Assembly: GCA_958295725.1 (NCBI GenBank)
Contig: OY282368.1
Location: forward strand, 3,393,827-3,457,826
Source: an uncultured Alphaproteobacteria bacterium
GTDB taxonomy: Bacteria > Pseudomonadota > Alphaproteobacteria > UBA2966
Length of the DNA stretch: 64,000 bases
Direction of reading: 5' to 3'
The position numbers and the translations under genes are program-made. Of the stretch, positions 39,257-49,413 are shown piece after piece. Within the stretch, counting starts at the first letter, position 1, and each line of letters starts with the position of its first letter. The notes under the pieces were generated by a model that saw nothing but the letters and a program-made list of their open reading frames with translations, searched no databases and was not told the origin of the DNA.

Positions 39257-39883
39257 ATGACTTTTTACCAGGATGAACGTATCGCGCTGTTCATCGACGG
39301 CGCCAACCTCTACTCCACCGCCCGTGCCCTGGGCTTCGATATCGATTACAAGCGGCTTCGGGAGCACTTCGTCTCCCGGGCTCGCCTCGTTCGCGCATAC
39401 TACTACACGGCGCTGATCGAGGACCAGGAGTATTCGCCCATCCGGCCGTTGGTCGACTGGCTCGATTACAACGGCTTCACCATGGTCACCAAGCCGACGA
39501 AGGAGTTCACGGACTCCACTGGACGGCGCAAGATCAAGGGAAACATGGATATCGAGCTTGCCGTCGACGTCCTGGAGATGGCACCGCTCGTCGACCGTGT
39601 CGTGCTGTTCTCCGGCGACGGCGACTTCCGGCGTCTCGTCGAAGCGGCGCAGCGCAAGGGCACGCGGGTCACCGTGGTCAGCACGATCGAATCGAGCCCT
39701 CCCATGGTGGCCGACGAGCTTCGCCGTCAGGCCGACGAGTTCGTCGACCTGCGCGACATTCAGGAGCTTATCGAGCGGGAAGCCCGCTTTCCGCACGACA
39801 GAGCCCCGGTGAACGATGTCGAGGAGGAAGACGACCTCAGACGCGAAATCGCCCTGGACGACGACATCCGCCACTCCGCCTGA
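39257..39883 (+). CDS. NYN domain protein (LabA/DUF88)
   Basis: LFIDGANL, KGNMDIELAVD and LFSGDGDF motifs. Confidence 0.92.
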   Translation: MTFYQDERIALFIDGANLYSTARALGFDIDYKRLREHFVSRARLVRAYYYTALIEDQEYSPIRPLVDWLDYNGFTMVTKPTKEFTDSTGRRKIKGNMDIELAVDVLEMAPLVDRVVLFSGDGDFRRLVEAAQRKGTRVTVVSTIESSPPMVADELRRQADEFVDLRDIQELIEREARFPHDRAPVNDVEEEDDLRREIALDDDIRHSA

Positions 39884-39906
39884 TCTCACGGAAGCCGCCT
39901 CCCGCC

Positions 39907-40572
39907 ATGGCCGGCCCGCCGGAGCCCGACAGGAACTGCCCCCTCTGCCCGCGCCTCGTGGACTTCCGCGAGAGCAACAGGGCGTCCGAGCCGACGTGGC
40001 GCAACGCTCCCGTGCCCTCGTTCGGGAGCGAGGACGCTGAACTCCTGGTCGTCGGGCTGGCGCCCGGCCTGCGCGGCGCCAACCGGACGGGACGCCCCTT
40101 CACCGGCGACGCCGCCGGAGCACTCCTGTATCCGACGCTTCGGGAATTCGGCTTCGCCCGCGGACGCTACTCCGAGGACGCCAGGGACCGGTTCCGTCTC
40201 GTGGGCTGCCGGATCACGAACGCCGTTCGGTGTGTCCCGCCCCGCAACCGCCCCCTCGGTTCGGAGATCCGGACCTGCCGCCCGTTCCTCGCCTGGGAAC
40301 TCGCGGCGCTACGGAAAGTCCGGGCGATCGTCGCGCTCGGCACCGTCGCCCACGACGCCGTTCTCGACGCCCTGGATATCCGGCGGAAACTGTTCCCGTT
40401 CCGGCACGGCGCCTTGCGCGAGTTGCGGGACTCGCTCCTGCTCGCGGACAGCTATCACTGCTCCCGCTACAACGTGAACACTGGTCGGCTGACGGAGGCC
40501 ATGTTCCACGACGTGTTTGCGGCCGTGAAGACGTGGCTCGGGAGCTCGCCGGACGCCGACCAGAGCGGTTGA
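39907..40572 (+). CDS. Uracil-DNA glycosylase (family 5-like, Fe-S)
   Basis: CPLCPRL, VGLAPGLRGANRTGRPFTGD and SYHCSRYN motifs. Confidence 0.92.
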   Translation: MAGPPEPDRNCPLCPRLVDFRESNRASEPTWRNAPVPSFGSEDAELLVVGLAPGLRGANRTGRPFTGDAAGALLYPTLREFGFARGRYSEDARDRFRLVGCRITNAVRCVPPRNRPLGSEIRTCRPFLAWELAALRKVRAIVALGTVAHDAVLDALDIRRKLFPFRHGALRELRDSLLLADSYHCSRYNVNTGRLTEAMFHDVFAAVKTWLGSSPDADQSG

Positions 40573-40575
40573 CGC

Positions 40576-41049
40576 CTATCCCGTTTCCCGCAGCAGCCGC
40601 GCTTTCCGCCGGCCCCATTCGCGGTCGCGCTCCGCCGCGCGCTTGTCGTACTTGCGCTTGCCGTGGGCGAGGCCCAGTTCCACCTTCGCCCGGCCCCGCT
40701 CGTTGAAATAGAGGGAGAGCGGGACCAGCGTCATCCCCTGTCGCTGTATGGCGCCCACGAGACGCTTGATCTCGCGCTTGTGCAGTAGCAGCTTGCGGGG
40801 GCGGCGCGGGTCGTGGTTTTGCCGGTTCGCGGCCGCATATTCGGGAATGTGGGCGTTGATCAGGAAGAGCTCGCCCCGGCGTTCGGCGGCGTAGGCCTCG
40901 CTGATACTGCCCTGGCCGGCGCGCATGCTCTTGACCTCGGAACCCCGCAGGACGACGCCGGCTTCGAACGTGTCGTCTATGAAATAATCGCGGCGGGCTT
41001 TCCTGTTGACGGCGACCGTCCGCGCCGCACCGCTCGTCGAACGGGCCAT
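40576..41049 (-). CDS. smpB: SsrA-binding protein
   Basis: [22 protein letters not shown] and GKRKYDKR motifs. Confidence 0.97.
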   Translation of the reverse strand: MARSTSGAARTVAVNRKARRDYFIDDTFEAGVVLRGSEVKSMRAGQGSISEAYAAERRGELFLINAHIPEYAAANRQNHDPRRPRKLLLHKREIKRLVGAIQRQGMTLVPLSLYFNERGRAKVELGLAHGKRKYDKRAAERDREWGRRKARLLRETG

Positions 41050-41053
41050 CCGG

Positions 41054-41929
41054 TCAATTGAGCAAACCGGCCGTCCGCATGGCGCTTTCGACCGACTCCT
41101 TCGTCTTGTCGGAAACCTCGACCAGCGGCAACCGCAGCTCGTCGCCGCACAGCCCCAGCAGACCGGCCCCGTACTTGACGGGCGCCGGGCTCGTCTCGAG
41201 GAACAAGGCGGTATGGAGCGGCATCAAACGGTCCTGGTATTCCAGTGCGACGCCGAAATCGCCCGTCAGACAGGCCGACTGGAACTCCGCGCAGGCGCGC
41301 GGCGCGAGGTTCGCGGTCACCGAAATGCAGCCGTGCCCCCCATGCGCCACCAAGGCGAGCGCCGTGGAATCCTCGCCCGACAACTGGATGAAGTCCGGTC
41401 CCATGAGCAGGCGCTGGCTGCTGACCCGCGCGATATCGGCCGTCGCGTCCTTGACACCGACGACGCCGGACATCTCCGCCAACCGGGCCATGGTGTCGTC
41501 CGACATGTTGACGATCGAACGACCCGGGATGTTGTAGATGAACATCGGCAGGTCGACCGCGTCGGCGATGGCCTTGAAGTGACGGTACAGCCCCTCTTGC
41601 GTCGGCTTGTTGTAGTAGGGCGTGACGTGCAGCGTCGCGTCCGCCCCCGCCTCCTTGGCGTGCTCCGTCAGTTCGATCGCTTCGCGGGTCGAATTGGAAC
41701 CCGCGCCCGCGATGACGGGAACCCGTCCGGCGGCGGTCTCGATGCAGATCTCGACGACTCGCTTGTGCTCGGCGTGGCTCAAGGTCGGCGATTCGCCCGT
41801 GGTCCCGCACGGCACCAGACCGTGCGTGCCTTCCCGGATATGCCACTCGACGAGCGATTGAAACGCCTGTTCGTCGATCTCGCCGTCCCGAAACGGCGTG
41901 ATCAGCGCGACAAACGATCCCCGGAACAT
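41054..41929 (-). CDS. dapA: 4-hydroxy-tetrahydrodipicolinate synthase
   Basis: [24 protein letters not shown] and GVKDAT motifs. Confidence 0.97.
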   Translation of the reverse strand: MFRGSFVALITPFRDGEIDEQAFQSLVEWHIREGTHGLVPCGTTGESPTLSHAEHKRVVEICIETAAGRVPVIAGAGSNSTREAIELTEHAKEAGADATLHVTPYYNKPTQEGLYRHFKAIADAVDLPMFIYNIPGRSIVNMSDDTMARLAEMSGVVGVKDATADIARVSSQRLLMGPDFIQLSGEDSTALALVAHGGHGCISVTANLAPRACAEFQSACLTGDFGVALEYQDRLMPLHTALFLETSPAPVKYGAGLLGLCGDELRLPLVEVSDKTKESVESAMRTAGLLN

Positions 41930-42039
41930 ATTCGTTCTCCCTCCCGCTCCACCGATGCCGAAAATACAGGCTCCCGCGCGCCCCGACAAGCGAGGCTGCG
42001 GTCGGCCTCGTGCGGACGGATATGGAGGCCGCCGGGCCC

Positions 42040-43179
42040 TGACCTCGTTCAGACAGATGTGAGACACGGGCCCTTGATGTAAGGGCGGGGGTCTCCGACG
42101 CTGTTGGTGCTGAACAAGCAGCGTGAAGGAGAACCCCCATGCAGACCTTCGGCCTGCCCCGGCAGATTACACGAGGAGCCGCCCTGGCGTCGCGCCTGTG
42201 CGGCAAGGAGCGGAGCGACGAAGCGCACAGGCGCGACGCCCTTGAGCGCTGGCGCCAAGCCCGGGCCGACGGCCTGACCGCACGAGCGGCCGCCAACGCC
42301 GTCGGCGTGCCGAGATCGACCCTCTACCGGTGGCAGAGGCTGGCGGACCGCAACCGCCTCAAGCCGTGCTCGCGCCGCCCGCACACCCCGCGCCGGCCCA
42401 CTTGGTCGGCGGCGCTGGTGACGGCGGTCCGGGAGACACGCGCCGACTACCCCATGTGGGGCAAGGCCAAGATCGCCGTCCTGCTCCGACGCAACGGGCA
42501 CGCGGCAAGCGAGAGCACCACAGGCCGCATCCTCAAGACCCTCATGGAGCGCGGCGCCGTCACCCCGGTCCCGACCTTGCGCCGCAACGGACCGCGCGCC
42601 GCCCGGCGCCTCAGACCATACGCCAGACGCCTGCCCAAGGGCCGCAAGCCCACAAGTCCCGGCGAGATCGTCCAACTCGACACCCTCACCGTCTCGCCAC
42701 ACACAGCCCGGCCCGCCATCAAGCAGTTCACCGCCCATGACCCCGTCGCAAAGTGGACCTGCGCACAGGCCTGGAGACGCGCAACCGCACACAACGCCAG
42801 GCGCTTCCTCGACAAGCTCCAGGCCGACATGCCCTTCCCCATCGAAGCCATCCAGGTCGATGGAGGCTCCGAGTTCAAGGCCGACTTCGAGACCGAATGC
42901 CAGCGCCGCCGCATCGACCTGTTCGAACTCCCGCCACGCTCGCCCAAGCTCAACGGTCACGTCGAGCGCAACAACGGCGCCTGGAGATACGAGTTCTACG
43001 CCACATGGGACCTGCCCGACGACAACCTCGACGACATCAACCGATGGATCGACGCCTTCGCCGACGAATTCAACACCTTCAGACCGCACCAGGCCCTTGG
43101 CGGACACACCCCCGCCCAGTACCTTCACTCACTGACAGCCAAAGAGACCCCCGTGTCTCATATGTCCTGAACCAGGACA
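42040..43179 (+). mobile_element. IS481-family insertion sequence, apparently intact
   Basis: Imperfect terminal IRs (TGACCTCGTTCAGACAGATGTGAGAC / GTCTCATATGTCCTGAACCAGGACA); 5-bp target duplication GGCCC at 42035-42039 and 43180-43184. Confidence 0.9.
42139..43170 (+). CDS. IS481-like DDE (rve) transposase
   Basis: [13 protein letters not shown]; DDE core [21 protein letters not shown]; [14 protein letters not shown]. Confidence 0.92.
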   Translation: MQTFGLPRQITRGAALASRLCGKERSDEAHRRDALERWRQARADGLTARAAANAVGVPRSTLYRWQRLADRNRLKPCSRRPHTPRRPTWSAALVTAVRETRADYPMWGKAKIAVLLRRNGHAASESTTGRILKTLMERGAVTPVPTLRRNGPRAARRLRPYARRLPKGRKPTSPGEIVQLDTLTVSPHTARPAIKQFTAHDPVAKWTCAQAWRRATAHNARRFLDKLQADMPFPIEAIQVDGGSEFKADFETECQRRRIDLFELPPRSPKLNGHVERNNGAWRYEFYATWDLPDDNLDDINRWIDAFADEFNTFRPHQALGGHTPAQYLHSLTAKETPVSHMS

Positions 43180-43383
43180 GGCCCTTGGCGGACACCCTTC
43201 CCGGGACTACCTTGCGCAACGAGCGGCCATCCGCATGGCTCGCCGCCTCAGTCGTCTCGTGCGCCGTGAACCAAGCCCGATTCCGATGAATGGACACGAA
43301 CTTCACCCACCCCGCGTCGCTCAAACGCGCCGGTGCGATCCCTCGGCCGTCTCCACGGCCTGCGGGGCCGGGGCGCGACCGCC

Positions 43384-44502
43384 GTGACCGGAGAGAAGCC
43401 GACTCCCGGCGGAAGCCATGTTCCGGTCGCGCGCGAATTCCTCGCCGAGCAGCTTCCACTCATCGTGTTGACGTTCGCGGCGGGTCTCGCGGCGGCGTAC
43501 CTTCAGCATGGAACGCTTCCCGGAGGCGACGTCGCGTTTCCCATCGCCGGCGTGCGGGTTCCCATCTGGCACCTCGTGTGGATGGGGGCATGGACCGGCT
43601 ACACGCTCGCCCTCGTCGGCGAGGCGTCGGGGATCTTCGCGCTCCCGTACACGATGTCCGTGCTGCAGTTCTCGAGCCCGGCCGTTTCTCCGACCACCCA
43701 GATCCTCACCCTCTTCAACCCGCTCGGCGCGTTGTTCGGGTTCCGCCGCAACCGGCAGTGGAACCTCGACTTCGCCCTATGGGTCTGCGTCGGCGGCGCG
43801 TCGGGCGCCCTGATCGGGCCGTTCGTCCGGTTGACGTGGCTCTCGGACGTGAAGCCCTTCACGTTCGCCGTCGGCGTCGCGCTCGTGTTCGTCGGCGGAC
43901 ACTTGTGCGTTGCGGCCGTCCGCGGATTCCGTGCCCGTCGCTCCGGTGCGGGGATCGACGCCCGTTTCCGAGCCGAAGCCATCGCCCGTCGCGCCGCAGG
44001 GCGGGCGCCCGCCGGCGTGCCCCCGGGCACGCCCATCGAGACGCTCGGCAAGGCCGGTGATCGTATCACGATCGGTTTCTGGGGCGATACGTGGACCGTG
44101 CGTCCCTCGGCGTTGTTCGCGATCGGCTTCGGGGTCGGGATCGTCTCGTCGGCGCTGGGCGTGGGCGGCGGGTTCCTGCTGGTGCCGATCCTGGCGACCC
44201 TCTACCGGCTGCCCATATACGTTGTCGTCGCGGCGACGATCCCCTACGTCATCGTGCTTTCACTGGTGGCCCTGATCACCTACAGCGGCATCCTGCCGGT
44301 GATCACGGGGACGGCCATCACGCCGGAGTGGTCCTGGGGCCTGTTCGCCGCCGCCGGCGGCATCTTCGGCTCCTGGGCCGCGGCCAAGACCCAGCGCTTC
44401 GTGCCCGAATACTCGTTGAAGGTGATGCTGGGCGCGCTCACCGCAGCCGCCGGCGCGCTCTACGTCCTCGACATGTTCCTGGAGCTGCCCTTCCGGCTGT
44501 GA
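43384..44502 (+). CDS. Sulfite exporter TauE/SafE family membrane protein (start uncertain)
   Basis: Multiple TM helices; two repeats, LVGEASGIFALP and SSALGVGGGFLLVP. Confidence 0.82.
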   Translation: MTGEKPTPGGSHVPVAREFLAEQLPLIVLTFAAGLAAAYLQHGTLPGGDVAFPIAGVRVPIWHLVWMGAWTGYTLALVGEASGIFALPYTMSVLQFSSPAVSPTTQILTLFNPLGALFGFRRNRQWNLDFALWVCVGGASGALIGPFVRLTWLSDVKPFTFAVGVALVFVGGHLCVAAVRGFRARRSGAGIDARFRAEAIARRAAGRAPAGVPPGTPIETLGKAGDRITIGFWGDTWTVRPSALFAIGFGVGIVSSALGVGGGFLLVPILATLYRLPIYVVVAATIPYVIVLSLVALITYSGILPVITGTAITPEWSWGLFAAAGGIFGSWAAAKTQRFVPEYSLKVMLGALTAAAGALYVLDMFLELPFRL

Positions 44503-44510
44503 GTCGCGCG

Positions 44511-44606
44511 ATGAGATGGGTTCACCGCATGTTGCCCTACCTGCCGTTCGTCGTCCTGGCGCTCGCCGCGCTGGTGGCCGTCTGGCACGTCGCCGCCCAC
44601 GGGTAA
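44511..44606 (+). CDS. Putative 31-aa single-TM peptide MRWVHRMLPYLPFVVLALAALVAVWHVAAHG
   Basis: ATG 8 bp after the TauE stop; one hydrophobic helix; fills the gap before the convergent gene. Confidence 0.5.
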   Translation: MRWVHRMLPYLPFVVLALAALVAVWHVAAHG

Positions 44607-44616
44607 GGACGCGGGA

Positions 44617-45399
44617 TCAAAACGCTGTCCAGCCGGCGTCGACGGATATCGTCGTCCCGCTGATCGATCGCCCCGCGTCCGAGCAGAGGAAGACCGCGGC
44701 AGCGGCGATCTCCTCGACCGAGATAATGCGCGGCAACGCATGCCGCGCACTCACCTGCTCCCGGACGAATTCCTCGACATCGCGCCCGTCCCGGGCCGCC
44801 AGACCCTCGGCCTGGAGGTCGTACATGGGCGTCTTGACGAAGCCCGGACAGATCGCGTTGCAGGTGATGTCCCAGGGGCCGGCCTCGAGGGCCGTCGCCT
44901 TGGTGAGCCCGACCACGCCATGCTTCGCCGCCACGTAAGGCGCCTTGCGGGGGGAGGCCACCAGCCCGTGGGCCGATCCCATGTTGACGATCCGGCCCCA
45001 GCGCCGTTCCTTCATGCGGGGCAGCGCGAGACGCGTCGTGTGGAACGTCGCCGAGAGATGGATCGCGATAATGGCGTCCCAGCCGTCGAGCGGGAATTCA
45101 TCGATGGGCGCGACGATCTGGATGCCCGCGCAGTTGACCAGGATGTCGAGCGACCCGAACGCCGAGACGGTATCGTCGACGAGGCCGTCGATCTGCTCGA
45201 CGTCGGTGAGATCGGCGCCGGAATACCGCGCCTCCACGTCGTGGCGCCTGGCCATCGCGGCGCGCGTTTCCTCGATCTCGTCGGCATCGCCGAAGCCGTT
45301 CATCATGATCCTGGCGCCCTCGGCGGCCAGCGCCTCGGCGGTCGCCAGGCCGATACCGCTCGTCGAGCCCGTGACCAGCGCGGCTCTCCCTCGCAACAC
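44617..45399 (-). CDS. bdhA: 3-hydroxybutyrate dehydrogenase-like SDR
   Basis: VTGSTSGIG, GSAHGLVASPRKAPYVAAKHG and DAGWTA motifs; AGGAGG SD. Confidence 0.8.
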   Translation of the reverse strand: MLRGRAALVTGSTSGIGLATAEALAAEGARIMMNGFGDADEIEETRAAMARRHDVEARYSGADLTDVEQIDGLVDDTVSAFGSLDILVNCAGIQIVAPIDEFPLDGWDAIIAIHLSATFHTTRLALPRMKERRWGRIVNMGSAHGLVASPRKAPYVAAKHGVVGLTKATALEAGPWDITCNAICPGFVKTPMYDLQAEGLAARDGRDVEEFVREQVSARHALPRIISVEEIAAAAVFLCSDAGRSISGTTISVDAGWTAF

Positions 45400-45588
45400 G
45401 GCGGCCCCCCTCCTGGCGCCTCGTCTCACCGTCCGCCCATCATAGGGACAAACCGTGTGCCGATATACCGACACTCCGGCGCCGAGAGGCACCATCGTCG
45501 GAGGACACGCGGCCGCCGGACGGGGACGGAAGCCGACGACATGCTACAATACGGTGCTCGTCTTGCTCCGGCATCGACCCGCATCGGC

Positions 45589-46401
45589 ATGAAGCTCGCG
45601 CAGGCACGGATCGACATCTACCGCGCCGACGGCTATCTGAGGATTCCTGCCGTCTTCACGCCCGAGGAGATGAAGGTCCTGCGTGCCGACTGTTACGCGG
45701 TCCTGTCGCCGGACCGCGGCCACGCCGACGGCAACGTCCCGGAGTTGAACGGCGTCGCCACGCGCGTCGGCTTCGGGGTCGACCTCGATTCCCGGGCCGT
45801 GGCGGCGGCCGCGAGGCTCCCGCGCATCCTCGGACCCGTGAAGCAGCTGCTGGGCGAGCGCGTCTACCTGTTCCAAACGCGCGTCAACGCCAAGATGAGG
45901 CGCGTGGGCGAGGGATATCCCTGGCACACCGACTTCGCGAACTGGGTCAACGACGGTATCCGGCGCGGCTCGATGGAAGACATGATCACGGTTGGCGTCC
46001 TGCTGACGGAGTCGACGCCGGAGAACGGCGCCATGCGGATCCTGCCGGGATCCCACCGGCACGGCGTGGGCGAGTGGTTCTTCGATACCAAGTCCGTAGG
46101 CTACCAGTCCTACAACGCGCCCGAAGCGTACGTGGAGAGGATGATCTCGGAGACGCCGCCGGTGTTCGTCGAGGGCGGCCCCGGCGACATGGTCCTCTTC
46201 GCGCCCGAACTCATGCACGGGTCGGAAAAGAACCGCTCCGACGAGGACCGGCTGTACCTGATGTTCGTCTACAACCGGTCGGACAACCTTCCCGTCGAGT
46301 CGGAGATCAGGCGCGAACATATGACGCCCTACGTGAACTATCCCTATCGGGGAGATCTCACGGAACTCGCCGACGACGCCATCGCGACCGCCGTCGCCTG
46401 A
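45589..46401 (+). CDS. PhyH-family Fe(II)/2-oxoglutarate dioxygenase
   Basis: WHTD (HxD), NGAMRILPGSH and HGS..N.S..DR motifs. Confidence 0.88.
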   Translation: MKLAQARIDIYRADGYLRIPAVFTPEEMKVLRADCYAVLSPDRGHADGNVPELNGVATRVGFGVDLDSRAVAAAARLPRILGPVKQLLGERVYLFQTRVNAKMRRVGEGYPWHTDFANWVNDGIRRGSMEDMITVGVLLTESTPENGAMRILPGSHRHGVGEWFFDTKSVGYQSYNAPEAYVERMISETPPVFVEGGPGDMVLFAPELMHGSEKNRSDEDRLYLMFVYNRSDNLPVESEIRREHMTPYVNYPYRGDLTELADDAIATAVA

Positions 46402-46638
46402 CCGGAACGCCGCGGTCCGGAATTGGAAATAACCGCGATCGTATTCGAGCCGCGGGTATCTACCGCGCTCCTGTCTTCTTGACGCATCGCTCGGGCCGTC
46501 CGTAGGCGAACCGTCCTTCCACGCTCCGATACACCAAGGCGGCGGGGGCCCGTCCGCCCGGAACCCGGACGCTGTAGAGCACGCATCCACGCGGGCCGAC
46601 GGTCGCCCCACCGCAACTATTTGATTCAAAAAGAAAAA

Positions 46639-46714
46639 TGGTGCTGCGGAGAGGACTCGAACCTCCGACCTGCTGATTACGAATCAGCTGCTCTACCAGC
46701 TGAGCTACCGCAGC
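46639..46714 (-). tRNA. tRNA-Thr(CGT)
   Basis: GCTGCGGTAGCTCAGCTGGTAGAGCAGCTGATTCGTAATCAGCAGGTCGGAGGTTCGAGTCCTCTCCGCAGCACCA; cloverleaf with encoded CCA. Confidence 0.97.
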
Positions 46715-46762
46715 ATGGGGGCGGGAATCAGGACATCGCGCGACCGTTCACTGTGACGCAAG

Positions 46763-48226
46763 CTACGCTCTGGGCGGAGAGGGGTCAACGACGTCTCCAC
46801 CTCCGCCCCGCCCCTGAATCGCGAGCGGCGCGCGCGCCGGGTCGGCGGAATCCCGCAAGGTCTCGGAAAGCCGCGCCAGGGCCGCCGGCGAGCCGCCGTT
46901 CCCGTTCGCCCCGGCCGCGACCACGGCGGCTCCTGACGGCGGTTCCGGCGTCACGCCCCAGACGAGGGAGTCGAAACGGCCACACCGCTCGCAGTGGAGA
47001 AACCAGTCGGCCGCCGGCCCGCCACACCCCTGGCATACCCAGGTATCGTCGGGCGGCGCGGACGACGCTCTCTGAAGCCACATGCCCGTGGCCGCGGAGC
47101 CATGCTCGCCTTCCTCGACCCGAGCCATGAGCCGGAACAGGCGCCGTTCCTCGCGCTCGGCGAGGGCCTTGTCGAGATGACCGCGCGCTTCGCGCCAGCG
47201 GCGCGCGGTAATCAGCGCCCCCGCGAGCGCCACGCGCCCTTCGCGATGCCCGGCGTGGAGGCGATCGAGCCGCGCCATCCGCCGCACCCGCCGGGCCGGG
47301 TCGTCCTCGGGATGAAGAGCGAGGTAGAGGGCGGCCAGTTCGGGGTGCGGCGACTTGCGCCAACTCGTCTCGATGACGCGCACCGCCTTGCCCGTCTCGC
47401 CGTCGGCCTGATAGTGGCGCGCGGCGAGCATCGCCGCGGGGACGAATTCCGGCGACAAGGCATGCGCGTCACGGGCCAAGGCGGCGGCCGTCTCCGTGTC
47501 GCCCGCCGCATCGACGTCGCGTGCCTGTGCGAACAGGGTCAGCGCCTTGCGTCGGCGGCCCGTCGGTTTGTCGAACACCTTGCGGCGGGAAGCGTCATCG
47601 AGGGTGACCAACGCCTCGCGCCACAAGCCCGCCGCCGACTGCAAGTCGAAGAGCAGGTTCTGGACCCAGGGAGAGGCGGGCCGCAGAGCGTGGGCCCGTC
47701 GGGCATGGCGGAGCGCGGTCCGGGTGTCGCCCGAGCGCAGCGCCTGCATCAACAACCCCCGCGCACCGAGGAATTCGGTATCGGGCGCGTCGAGCATGCG
47801 CCTGTAGAGGCGTGCCGCCTCCGAAGTATCTCCCGCCTGCTGGGCGGCCTGCGCCGACAGCATCAGGGGAAGCGGCGACTCGTCGAGCAAGGACGCCGCC
47901 CGGCGTCCGAGCTTCAAGGCTTCGTCGCTCTCGCCGGCCGCCAGAGCCGTCATGCCGCCGGACAGTACCGCCTCGCCGCGGCGGCGGCGGCGGTCCCGGC
48001 GCGCCCGGCCGATGGCGCGCGGGCCGCGCCGGAGCCAGAGCCAGCCCCGATAGGCGAGGGCTCCCGCCGCGAGCAGCGCGGCGAAGGCGATGGCGCCCGC
48101 GGCGACCGAGGTCTCGACGCGCCAGCCCTGCCAGTCGACGACGATGTTGCCCGGCCGGTCCGCCAGCCACGCCGAGATCGAGGCGACCAGCGCGAGGCCG
48201 ACGAACCACCGGAGAGCTCGGGTCAT
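46763..48226 (-). CDS. hemY: HemY-type membrane TPR protein
   Basis: WLADRPG..WQGWRVETS N-terminus, TPR-like helices, PHPEL and terminal WVC..C...C..C. Confidence 0.88.
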   Translation of the reverse strand: MTRALRWFVGLALVASISAWLADRPGNIVVDWQGWRVETSVAAGAIAFAALLAAGALAYRGWLWLRRGPRAIGRARRDRRRRRGEAVLSGGMTALAAGESDEALKLGRRAASLLDESPLPLMLSAQAAQQAGDTSEAARLYRRMLDAPDTEFLGARGLLMQALRSGDTRTALRHARRAHALRPASPWVQNLLFDLQSAAGLWREALVTLDDASRRKVFDKPTGRRRKALTLFAQARDVDAAGDTETAAALARDAHALSPEFVPAAMLAARHYQADGETGKAVRVIETSWRKSPHPELAALYLALHPEDDPARRVRRMARLDRLHAGHREGRVALAGALITARRWREARGHLDKALAEREERRLFRLMARVEEGEHGSAATGMWLQRASSAPPDDTWVCQGCGGPAADWFLHCERCGRFDSLVWGVTPEPPSGAAVVAAGANGNGGSPAALARLSETLRDSADPARAPLAIQGRGGGGDVVDPSPPRA

Positions 48227-49413
48227 CGTGGGGAACCGTCCTCGCCCGCCCCATCGCCGATCATGGCGACGCGCGCCGCCGCCTCGGCATGGAGGCTGGC
48301 CAGACCGGACTCCACCGCGAGGCGGGCGCGGGCGAGCGTCAGCCAGGCAGCGGCGGCATCTGCCGCCTCGTCCGTCAACGCGGCGAGCTCCGTCACGGCC
48401 GCCGCCAGGTCGCCGGAGAGCAATCCCGCCTCGGCGCGCGCGAGGTGGGCGTCGATGTCGGCGCCGGGAACGTCGCCCGTTCGTCGCACGGTGACGACCG
48501 TGGCGAGACGCCGCAGGATATCGTCCGCCCAGCCGTCGGCTCCGGCCGCGTCGGTGCGCAGAATGGCGGAAGCCTCCGCGCTCAGCTTCCGGCGCAGAAC
48601 GGTCGGCGTCGCGACGCCGGCGGCGGCATGGTCTTCGAGTTCGCGGAGCGCGCGCGACAAGCCGGACGGGATACCGCCTTCCGCCGCCAGCAGGGCCTTG
48701 ACACTGGAAAGCGATTCCGAAAACGGCCGGCCGTCGAGCGCGGCGTCACGCAACCGGCCGACGGCCAACGCCAGCGCGGCGGCGCCCGCGACATGCTGGG
48801 GTTGCACGACTTCCAGGAGGCGGGCGCGGCCGTCGAGCTCGTCGATTCGCGACTCCAGCTCCGCCAGCGACGCGGCGAGACGGGCCTCCGCTGTCCGAAA
48901 GACGGCGTCCGTGTCGGACAGCACCGTCTCCAGCGCTCCGATCCGGTTCGCCAACGACTCCACCCGTTCGCCCTCGTCGGCGGCGCGTACTTCCCGGGCC
49001 AAGGTCTCGATGCGGCGTCGCGTGTCGTCGAGAGGGCCCGCCAGCGCATCCATCTCCCGGACGATGGTGCCCATCCGGCCCGCCATCGTCGCCAGGGACG
49101 CCTGCTCGCGCGCCAGGGCGTCGAGGGACCGCGCGGCTTCGGCGAGTCGGCTCTCCATGACGTCCACGCGGCCCGATAGCGCGGTGAGGGCCGCGATCTG
49201 GGGCTTCGGATCGTGGACTGGAGCGCCGAACCCGCCGAGCAACCGTGGCTCGACGTGGGCGGCGATGGCGAACGCGCCGACAATCAGCGCGACGCCGCCC
49301 GTCGCCACGGCCGCCCTGACCGGCCACCGGTCCGACGCGGGCGCCGCGGCGGCGGTCTCGTCCGATGCCGGATCGGGTTCGGGCGCGTCCTCGGGCTTCG
49401 TCGAGGCGGTCAT
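48223..49413 (-). CDS. Mitofilin/Mic60-like protein (COG4223)
   Basis: N-terminal TM, long coiled coil, GRPF..L, GVAT...L and ARAE..L..GDL..AV motifs; between hemD and hemY. Confidence 0.8.
   Translation of the reverse strand: MTASTKPEDAPEPDPASDETAAAAPASDRWPVRAAVATGGVALIVGAFAIAAHVEPRLLGGFGAPVHDPKPQIAALTALSGRVDVMESRLAEAARSLDALAREQASLATMAGRMGTIVREMDALAGPLDDTRRRIETLAREVRAADEGERVESLANRIGALETVLSDTDAVFRTAEARLAASLAELESRIDELDGRARLLEVVQPQHVAGAAALALAVGRLRDAALDGRPFSESLSSVKALLAAEGGIPSGLSRALRELEDHAAAGVATPTVLRRKLSAEASAILRTDAAGADGWADDILRRLATVVTVRRTGDVPGADIDAHLARAEAGLLSGDLAAAVTELAALTDEAADAAAAWLTLARARLAVESGLASLHAEAAARVAMIGDGAGEDGSPR

Noticed and set aside
42105-42112. TGGTGCTG match to the tRNA-Thr 3' end as a possible att site
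   Set aside because: Only 8 bp and inside the IS left end; expected by chance.
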